Assembly: GCF_006345805.1 (NCBI RefSeq)
Contig: NC_043007.1
Coordinates: 34,720,001-34,784,000, forward strand
Direction: 5' to 3'
From: Octopus sinensis
Lineage: Eukaryota
DNA length: 64,000 nt
The translations under genes were made by a program, and so were the position numbers. Below are positions 53,898 through 64,000 of this stretch, piece by piece. The notes under the pieces are model-generated. The model was not told the origin of the DNA, did not search any database, and worked only from the letters and a program-made list of their open reading frames with translations. How positions within the stretch are numbered: position 1 is the stretch's first letter; each line of letters opens with the position of its first letter.

Positions 53898-55484
53898 ATC
53901 ATGATCATTTAATGTCTGTTGTCCATGTTGGCATGAGTTGCATGGTTTGACTGGGGCTGGTAAGTTGGAAGGTTGCACCAGTCTGATTTGGCATGATTTT
54001 CTATGGCTGGATGCCCTTCTTAATGCTAACCACTCCAAGAGTGTAATGGGTGCTTTTTATGTGCCACTGGCATAGGTGCCATTTTCCATAACACTAGTAT
54101 CTGCCATGACTGCAATTTTGCTTGGCTTGATGGGTCTTCTTCTCAAGCACAACATAATTCCAAAACTCTCAGTCATTGCCTCCATGAGGCCCAGTCCTCA
54201 AAAGGAACTCAACCACTTCCCTCCATGAGGCCCAATGCTCAAAAGGAACACAGCCACTTTGCCTCCGTGACATATATATATATATAAAATGTGACCGCCT
54301 GTGTATCGTTGGCGATTTTTTTTCCTCTGTCTTCCCTTCTCTGGATCTTTCCTTCTCCTATGTTTCCGACAAAGAGCTCCGCTCGTAACGTTAAACCTCC
54401 TTCTTTCCTTCTTTCCTGAGTGTCCAATAATACTATATTTGTTCCACGTCCTTGTGTTGTGTTTTTTTGTGCTTTCTTGTTTGGATTAACTATATATATA
54501 TATATGTATATATATATATGCATACACACCCACACATAATATGCAATGGTTTTTTTTAATTATGTCTACCAAATTGAATCACAAGGCTTTGGTCAGCCTG
54601 GGGCTATAGTAGAAGACATTTGCTAAAGGTGGTTCACATTGGGACTGAACCTAGAACAGATTGGTTGTTTCTTCACTTTTCTTCACAATTTCTTCACTGC
54701 ACACCCATATCTGTACCCATAGAATATATTCCATCTCATACAATTCAATATCTTTGATCTCATGTGATATCTCTAATATCACACAATACAGTATGTATCA
54801 TCTCATACAAAACACTGTCTTTGATGTTATACAATGTCTCTGATATCGCACAGCAGAATAGATTTCCTCTCATAGAATACAATACTTTTGCTCATATCAG
54901 TACAATATCTTTGATGCCATGCACTAGAATATATTTGTTCTCATTCAGTACAATATCTCTGATATTACACACATGATACAATATACAATCTATATATATT
55001 TAATATCATTAAATATCTTTGGAAATTATGTAATACTGTACAACTGCTTTCATACAGTATAATATCTTCCATCTTCTGCAATGTCTTTGATCCTATAAAA
55101 TAGTTTGTCCCAATTCAAGCTCAAAGCATTTCTAAGTCTTTAACACTCATGATTCAACATTATAAAAACTCTCTGAGCCAAGATATTTAAATTTTATCTA
55201 ATTTATTTTAAAATACATCTCAGTTGATAGGGTCGTGTCTTTGGAATGCTTGGTGACCTCACTAATGCTGGTGCCATGAAAAGAGCACCCAGTGCACTCT
55301 GTAAAGTGGTCAGTGTTAGGAAGGCAATCCAGACACTGGAACTTAGGACAGTCCTCCACCTCATCAGTTCCTGTAAAAACCATCCAACCTATGCCAGTAT
55401 GGAAAAAGGGACATTGGATGTTGATGATGATGATGATGATTACTAAAACCATATTTATAATCCTAAACTGTAGAATAACAGTAG

Positions 55485-55866
55485 TGGAGGCGCAATGGCC
55501 CAGTGGTTAGGGCAGCGGACTCGCGATCATAGGATCGCGGTTTCGATTCCCAGACCAGGCGTTGTGAGTGTTTATTGAGCGAAAATACCTAAGTTCCACG
55601 AGGCTCCGGCAGGGATGGTGGTGATCTCTGCTGTACTCTTTCACCACAACTTTCTCTCACTCTTACTTCCTGTTTCTGTTGTACCTATATTTCAAAAGGG
55701 CCGGCCTTGTCACTCTCTGTGTCACGCTGAATATCCCCGAGAACTACGTTAAGGGTACACTTGTCTGTGGACTGCTCAACCACTTGTACGTTAATTTCAC
55801 AAGCAGGCTGTTCCATTGATCGGATCAACCGGAACCCTCATCGTCGTAACCGACGGAGTGCTTCCA
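55485..55866 (+). mobile_element. SINE family A, full length
   Basis: Family A consensus. Confidence 0.9.
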
Positions 55867-56064
55867 GTCAGAATAACAGTAATATTTTTGGATACACTAT
55901 ATTTAAATGTCTTTGATTCCATTCCATACATTGCTCCTCCATTCAACTCTTGAAGTACAGTACCACAAGTAACTGAAACTCGAGCCAGGTCCTGAACCAT
56001 ATGTAATTGCGAATCAAAAGCCGTTGTTGTTTGAGGCCCATAAGCAGGAAATATGCACTCATAC

Positions 56065-56603
56065 TCTTTTACTCTTTTACTTGTTTCAGTCATTTGACTG
56101 CGGCCATGCTGGAGCACCGCCTTTAATCGAGCAACTCGACCAGGGACTTATTCTTTTGTAAGCCCAGTACTTATTCTATCTGTGGGAGAAATAAATTTTT
56201 GCCTTATTTTAGAAAGAACTTCCCATCGAAACACATCCTGCTTTGGTATTTTTTGTTTATTCAGTGAAGTTCTTTAGATTTATTTCTCTTGTTTCAATTT
56301 CCAAGCATCAGGACAGATATACCTCAACTTGTGAGTTTGGGGACACTACTTTATAATAATATGTTCTTTTATTCTTTTATTTGTTTCAGTCATTTGACTG
56401 TGGCCATGCTGGAGCACCGCCTTTAGTCGTACTAATCAATCCCGGGATTTATTCTTTGTAAGCCTAGTACTTATCCTGTCGGTATCTTTTGCCGAACTGC
56501 TAAGTTACAGGGATATAAACACACCAGCATCAGCTGGAACAAACACCGACACTTACGCACACACACACACACACGCACACACACACACACATACACACAC
56601 ACA

Positions 56604-56655
<52 letters not shown>

Positions 56656-57335
56656 GTATAAACACCAGTCATACAGAATACATTCACACTCTTTGATTTT
56701 CCTGTACCCCCCTTCTGCCAACCAGATTCTGACCTTGAACTATCTCAACGGACAATCTCTTCTGCTTTCACCCAGTCTGGCGTCAACGCATATAGATAGA
56801 CAGTTTGTGTCATTTAATTCATGGGCTCCTCGTGAGCGTTTGTCGAAAAGCTTGTGCATTTTGTTGGAGAATTAAGTTCCTGGATTTTCCTGAAGAGAAA
56901 GCTGCAAAATGGACTCCTTATTCAATTCGAATTAGGGACTTTGCAGCCTTCAAAACATACGTAGAAGGAATTTTGTTAAATCTTCGTTCAGCTTCATTTT
57001 TTCCTACACTTAATATATAAAACTTCAAATTTCCGCACTAAGGCACGGTTTTTCTGCCCCATGGTCGTAACTTCAACCGTGCTTTTTCTGTTGTGATTTT
57101 TGCTACCCAGGTATCGGTTATCATTTGAATTATCCGTAATAAGATAATTCATTTATCTACTTCAATAAATATATATATATATGTATATGTCGTCCAACCC
57201 GTGCTAGCGCGGAAAACGGACGTTAAACGATGATGATGATGATGATGATATAAATAAGAAAAAAGTGGAAATTTTACTGGTAAGTGTGTTATATTATAAA
57301 GCACAAAAAGAAAATGACTCTCCGCAGACACAACA

Positions 57336-57377
<42 letters not shown>

Positions 57378-57582
57378 TCTCTTTTTACTCTTTTACTTGT
57401 TTCAGGCATTTGACTGCGGCCATGCTGGAGCACCGCCTTTAGTCGAGCAACTCGACCCCGGGAGTTATTCTTTTTGTAAGCCCAGTACTTATTCTATCGG
57501 TCTCTTTTGCCGAACCGCTAAGTAATGGGGACATAAACACACCAGCATCGGTTGTCAAGCAATGCTAGGGGGACAAACACAG

Positions 57583-57631
<49 letters not shown>

Positions 57632-58400
57632 TATGACAGGCTTCTTTCAGTTTCCGTCTACCAAATCCACTCACAAGGCATTGGTCGGCCCGGGGCTATA
57701 GCAGAAGACATTTGCCCAAGATGCCACGCAGTGGGACTGAACCTGGAACCATGTGGTTGGTTAGCAAGCTACTTACTACACAGCCACTCCTGCGGCTGTG
57801 TATATATATATATATACTCTTTTACTTGTTTCACTTGTTTCAGTCATTTGACTGTGGCTATGCTGGAGTACCGCCTTTAGTCGAGCAAATCGACCCCAGG
57901 ACTTATTCTTTGTAAGCCTAGTCCTTATTCTATCGGTCTCTTTTGCTGATAATGAAAAAATGCATTAAATACTACAAAACGTACACGTTGGACAGACACC
58001 AGAACCCTGATACTCCAATTATCAACTGAAAAATACTAACACTTAGTTTCATGCCTTTAGTGATAAGATTAGGAACTTCATATATCAGCCGCAACCACAA
58101 AATTTGCAGAGAATTAGGGCTTGGGCAAACAAAATAATACAGGGTGGACGTACAAAAGTAAATGACACTAATTTGAAATGATGGATGACAATAAATAAAT
58201 ATAGCCTTGGGGTCAAACACAAGAATGATGGATTAATGCCATACAACAGGCTTCTTTCAGTTTCCATCTACCATATCCACTCACAAGGCTTTGGTTGGCC
58301 TGAGGCTACAGTAGAAGACACTTGCCCGAGGTGCCATGCAGTGGGACAGAACCCAGAACCATGTGGTTGGTAAGCAAGCTACTTACAACAGAACCACTTC
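56065..58400 (-). mobile_element. Cluster of family C SINE copies and fragments
   Basis: Copies at about 56065, 56365, 57375, 57815 and 58245. Confidence 0.8.
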
Positions 58401-58404
58401 TGCA

Positions 58405-59468
58405 CTCATCATCATCATCATCATTTAACGTCCGCTTTCCATGCTAGCATTGGTTGGATAATTTGACTGAGGACTGGCGAACCAGATGGCTGCGCCAGGC
58501 TCCAATCTGATCTGGCAGAGTTTCTACAGCTGGATGCCCTTCCTAATGCTAACCACTCCGAGAATGTAGTGGGTGCTTTCACGTGCCACCGGCACAGAAG
58601 TCAGGCCAGCGGCACTGGCAATGACCTCACTCGAATGTATTGTTCACATACCACCGGCATAAGTGCTAGTAAGGCAACGCTGGTAATGATCATGCTCAAA
58701 TGGTGCTTTTTACATGTCACTGGCACGGAAGCCTGGCAGCTGCTCTGGCAGTGATCCCGCTCGGATGGAGCTGTTAGCACTCCACTGGCACGGGTGTCAG
58801 TCATCGAGTTTGGTTCAAGTTGGATTTCACTAGCCCCAACAGGTCTTCGCAAGCAGAGTTTAGTGTCCAATGAAGGGAGGTTGGCATGGGTGCCAGTCAT
58901 GAAATTTGATTCGATTTTGATATTATTAATTATTAACAATCTTACAGTTGAACATGCTGAGCTGGCTGAATCATCAGCTTGTTGGACAAGATGCTCAACA
59001 ACATTTCTTCTGCATACCATTTGAACACTGGAGTTGATGCAATTCATTTACCCACTCCTCCTAAATTTGCTGGACTTGCAAATAAGACGGCAAGGTAAAA
59101 GAATTGTGGGCACATCAGATAAAATGCATTTATTAACAATACCTGTGTCGCCTTACTGGCACGTGAAAAAAGCATTCGAGCGAGGTCGTTGCCAGTGCAT
59201 CTGGACTGGCCCCTGTGCATGTGGCACATAAAAAGCACCATTTGTGTGTGGCCATTGCCAGTACCACCTGACTGGCCCTCATGCCAGTGGCACGTAAAAG
59301 CACCCACTATACTCTCTGAGTGGTTGGCATTAGGAATGGCATCCAGCTGTGGAAACTCTGCCATATCAGATTGGAGCCTGGTGCAGCCATCTGATTCGCC
59401 AGTCCTCAGTCAAATCATCCAACCCATGCTAGCATGGAAAGTGGACGTTAAACGATGATGATGATGAA
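58405..59468. mobile_element. Two family D elements in opposite orientation (58405-58900 minus, 59140-59468 plus)
   Basis: Shared GGCACGTAAAAGCACC units and CCAACCCATGCTAGCATGGAAAG..CGTTAAACGATGATGAT tail; other copies at 43183, 44843, 51915, 53895, 62370. Confidence 0.8.
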
Positions 59469-60204
59469 TGTAATCGCGATTAAATTAGATAAATATATCT
59501 TGAACTTTGAGTGAATAATTGGTGATATTTCATTGTCATCTGTAAAAGAACCCCTTCAGTCATGAATGATCATGAGATTGTACCTAGAAAGTTACCCTCT
59601 GAGGCACAAATCCGAGCAAAGTTGTTTGTGGAAGACCAGCAGTCACCCATGCATACCAGCCTTCCCTCTCTATGTCACCAATGTTATCCAAGGGAAAGGC
59701 CAAGGCTGATACAGCTTGGCACCAGTGATGTTGCAACTCATTTCTACAGCTGAATGAACTGGAGTAACATGAAATAAAGTGTCTTGCTCGAGAACACTAC
59801 GCACACCGCCTGATCCAGGAATCAAACTTGCTACCTCATGAGTGTGAGTCCGATGCTCTAACTACTGAGCTATGCAAATCAGGAAACAAAGTCATTTATG
59901 GGTGCTGAGCAGGCGTAGAGCGATCATATTGTTGATCATTGCATGAAGGCTTTCATTAGTAATGTGGGACCTGCAAAATCTTTGAACTTAGAAGCAAAAT
60001 CTGTTGAGTATTTTCATCAGCTTTTTCTAAAGAAATGTTTGTTGAGCTCAAAGATGAGGATGAAAAACAAAGTTAACTTAGACCATGAAAAGGTAGAAGA
60101 AATACCACAATGCATTTTGTCCAAAGTTCTAATGATTTTGCTAGCTCACCACCTTAATAATAATGATGATGATAATGATGATGATGCCCTGATGCATTAA
60201 TAAT

Positions 60205-60790
60205 AATAATAATAAATGCCCTGATGCAGTACCAGACAGTGGCTCTCATGGCTTCTGATCTTAACTGATCAGAAGTGTTATCATGTACATTGTTTTGTCT
60301 TGGTATAAAAGATGGGCTACAGCAAATATTCTGCTCAATACCACAGATTTGCTTGTCAGTTGTTTGACCATAACCAGTTGAGCGTGTCCCTCAGTGGCTG
60401 ACGATATGAGCATCTCTGATCATGAGCAGAAGTAGTTGGGGAGCAGCATAGCTGTGTGTTGAAAGAAATTCTTAGAGGTTTGGATAATTCACGCCTGGAA
60501 ACATGGGTGTTTCGTTCAACATCCTTAAACAATCTTTATTCAGGAACCTTATTCGGGGACCTTTTGAGCGGGATGGGTTACTCGACCAGAAGAAAATTCT
60601 AACTGGGCCCCACTTGCAAGGTCATGCGCTGTTTATCTTGATATGAGATCACTATGTCATGCACATATGGTTGTGATGCATGTACCTAGTGTACCCTTAT
60701 CAGACAGGTAGTCATGATGGGTATACTGGGCTCCATATATTTTACCCCAGTGTCACTTTGATGGCATGCACTGCTCTCTCACTCAATAAT
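60205..60790 (-). mobile_element. Family E element inside (AAT)n
   Basis: Reverse complement of 35568-36125. Confidence 0.85.
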
Positions 60791-60824
60791 AACAATGATG
60801 ATAATAATAATAAGAATAATGATG

Positions 60825-60861
<37 letters not shown>

Positions 60862-61196
60862 TTTCAACTTTTGGCACATGGCCAAAAAATTCTGATAACA
60901 GGGTAAGTCAATTACATTGACCCCAGCTTTCAGCTGGTACTTATTTTATCAACCCAGAAAGGATGAAAGACAAAGTAACTTCAGCAGAATTTGAACTCGA
61001 AATATGAAGACAGTGGAAGAAATACCACTTAACATATTGCTCAGCATGCTAACGATTCTGCCAAGCTCGCTGCCTTAAAATGGTCAAATATCGTAAAGAA
61101 ATACATTCTAATTATTTAATATCTTTGAACCTATCCTCTCAGGTTCCTTGTTTTATTATTAATGCTCTACGTCACATTGTCAATGGTGTCTTTACA

Positions 61197-62273
61197 TTAG
61201 AGAATAGCTTTGATGTGATACGTTAGAATGTCAGCACTATTTGTGAACACAGACACATTACAACTAATTGTGGAATGTCTATGGGTTTGTGATGGTAATG
61301 GTGGTGATTTGGTTGGTTTCAGAGTCGATAAATTTTTACTAGCTTCAACCCCATTCACCCAATAATTGCTTCCAACTGTGACTGCGAAGCCAGCTCTGGC
61401 CTTTACTTCGTGACCCCTGTCAAAAGTATGTGTAATGACAGTCATACTATGAATTTTGAAATGTTCGTGTATGATACCTTCCAAGACCTTCCAGGATTAT
61501 CCAGTCGTTTCATACAGATATCAAGGGTGTCGTACAATTTGGTGGCTCTTCTTTAAAGGCATTCCACATATGAGGGGCTGGTGAAAAGTTTATGATTTTG
61601 GGTAAAAGAAAATACAAAGGGATCAGTTACTCTTTTACTTGTTTCAGTCATTTGATTGCGGCCATACTGGAGCACTGCCTTTAGTCGAGCAAATCGACCC
61701 CAGGACTTATTCTTTGTAAGCCTAGTACTTATTCTACTGGTCTCTTTTGCTGAACCGCTAAGTTACGGGGACGTAAACACACCAGCATCAGTTGTCAGGC
61801 AATGTTGTGGGGACAAACACAGACACACAAACACATATATATCCATATACATATACATGACAGGCTTCTTTCAGTTTCCGTCTATTAAATCCACTCACAA
61901 GGCTTTGGTCGGCCTGAGGCTATAGTAGAAGACACCTGCCTGAGGTGCCACGCTGTGGGACTGAACCCGGAACCATGTGGTTGGTAAGTAAGCTACTTAC
62001 CACACAGCCACTCCTTAATTATGATTTTAATCAATGTATTCCCCTCTCAGATTCACACACATATTGCAGTGATCCCTCAATTTTTTCTAAGCCCTGTGAA
62101 AGAACACCGAATGTTGGACCTCCATGTAGGTCTTTCCCAATACCCCTAAAGTCAGGAACTTTTCAGCACCCCCTTGTATGTAAGACTGCATCTCCCATGT
62201 GGGCCTGTAAGGCCACAGCAAATGCTATACCTCCATCAGCAGCTGAGAGAAAATTCACCAAGTACAGATTCAT
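61197..62273 (-). pseudogene. Relic reading frame split by a mariner insertion
   Basis: Removing the mariner (61571-62176) and a 10-nt duplication joins about 155 codons with one internal TGA. Confidence 0.35.
61571..62176 (-). mobile_element. Deleted mariner element with a nested family C SINE (61628-62015)
   Basis: TIRs TA-TGAGGGGCTGGTGAAAAG and TA-CAAGGGGGTGCTGAAAAG; C-terminal remnant CVNLRGEY. Confidence 0.75.
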
Positions 62274-63282
62274 GGTCTCTCAAGACTGATACATGACTAT
62301 CTATGTATGATACCTTATAATGGAATATAAAATTGATCTGAGAGATACATTCCAAAAGCTTTCATCATCATTCATCATCCTCGTTTAACATCCGCCTTCC
62401 ATGTTAGCATGGGTTAGACGAATGACTGAGGGCTGGCGAACCAGATGGCTGCACCAGGCTTCAATCTTGATCTGGCAGAGTTTCTACAGCTGGATGCCCT
62501 TCCTAATGCCAACCACTTCGAGAGTGTAGTGGGTGCTTTTACGTGCCACCGGCACGGGGCCAGTCAGGCGGTACTGGCAACGACCACGCTTGAATCTTTT
62601 ACACATGCCACTGGCACAGGTGCCAGTAAGGCAATGCTGGTAACGATCACACTTGAATGGTGTCTTTTACGTGCCACCAGCATGGAGGCCAGATAGCCGC
62701 TCTGGCAACGATCATGCTCGGATGGTGCTATTAATACCCTACTAGCATGGGGCTCGAGTGCCAGTAAGGCGACGCTGGTAACGATCACATCCAAATGGTA
62801 CCTTCTAAGTGCCACTGTTCTTTATTATTGTTATAATTGATAAAGCCTATAAACACACTTATCAGTTGTTGCTTGTCTATATTTCACTTCTGTCTTTTTT
62901 TCAAAACATTTGATGTTTAACTCAAATCTAACATAATTTCTTTATACTCTGTTAATTTCAGGATCTTCACTCAGAATGGAGTGTAATGGATGAACAAAAT
63001 GTAAGTATAGGCTCTATAATATATGCATGTGTGTATATGCAAATGCATATGTGTGTGCATGTGACTGTGTGTTTGTTTGTTGTTGTTGTTAAGCAACAAG
63101 ACGGGTAAGGGTGATTAGGTGATGGTCTAGGGCTTAGGGGCGGGAGACCCCAGATCTTGGGAAAAAAAAAACTTTGGTCGTGTTGTTGTAGTCGAGGGCT
63201 CTTCGTTGACGCCTGACACCACTGGGAGGTGGCCCTCGAGGTCACTGGAAATGGAGATCTCCAGGTCCAAATTCTTGAACAG

Positions 63283-63358
<76 letters not shown>

Positions 63359-63774
63359 ATGACTGATAATTTCCCTACAGCACAGACTTATGATCAAAGA
63401 CATTCCAGCTGTGACCACTTGTTTTTATTTTTTATTTTTGTTTTTTTTTTCCCAAGCATAATCTATCTAGGAGTACATTATCCAATGTGTGCCTCTTTTT
63501 TCTTTCAAGATGATAGAGTTTTATTTGAGAGGAGATTTTTGCTGTTTTTTATTTTCTCTGGCTGTTTATGCAGAGTCTCCCCACTTGACTTACATTGTTA
63601 TTGTATATTGTGCTCAAGTGCACTACAACCCAGCAGAAGAGGGTAAAAGAGCGGACAGAAAGTAGTAATAAGTCAAGTAAAGAAAGAGCAATTGTAGCCA
63701 AAATTACACGCACGGCAGACAGAATGAAACACAAGAACACGAGGAAGTGAACAGAAAATAAGCCATATATAGCA

Positions 63775-64000
63775 AGGCTGTGGAGTCGAAACAAAAACTT
63801 CAACTCCAACTCCTGTACTATTGGCACCCTCCAACTCTGATTCCGACTCCGATTCCTCTTTATGTAATCAAGTGATTATGGTCTACTTATCTCATAAAGC
63901 ATATGCATACACTTGTACTTTTAGTTGGCCTATATGTTATAATTGGTTTATATTAAAGAATAAAGACATTGTGAATTGGAATCGGATTCGGTATAGTTTT
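63775..64000. mobile_element. Probable DNA transposon end with GGAGTC/GACTCC subterminal repeats
   Basis: CAAGGCTGTGGAGTCG start, then repeated (C/G)AACTCC/GACTCC/GATTCC motifs. Confidence 0.4.

Noticed and set aside
58948-59092. Exon with good plus-strand splice sites
   Set aside because: Stops occur in all three frames from the strong acceptor, and a competing minus-strand reading is equally weak
59943-60200. 85-codon plus-strand ORF in unique DNA
   Set aside because: No convincing acceptor and no recognisable motif
63090-63280. GC-rich patch resembling a mariner catalytic region
   Set aside because: Only faint similarity, no TIRs
63549-63827. Hydrophobic 92-aa ORF resembling a membrane protein
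   Set aside because: Explained by a T-rich strand, and it starts within a transposon-end repeat

Overview
AT-rich, microsatellite-saturated eukaryotic DNA with a 100-N gap at 42480-42579. The SINE and LINE families and the repeat density suggest a coleoid cephalopod, most likely Octopus (inference). No long intact gene is visible, and nearly all listed ORFs are microsatellite or SINE translations. The window contains dozens of SINEs from about five families, 3' relics of R4/Dong-type RLE LINEs ending in (AAT)n, RTE LINE relics, Tc1/mariner relics and MITEs, hAT MITEs with 8-bp TSDs, Helitron-like elements and Penelope-like fold-back remnants. A few short candidate exons were found but no host gene could be named. 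The most notable signal is a dispersed set of minimal type I hammerhead-ribozyme motifs whose core 3:8 tertiary pair occurs as C:G, U:A and G:C in different families. Also notable are an RTE ORF2 ending in three tandem C2H2 fingers and CORE-SINE multimers with a constant internal junction.
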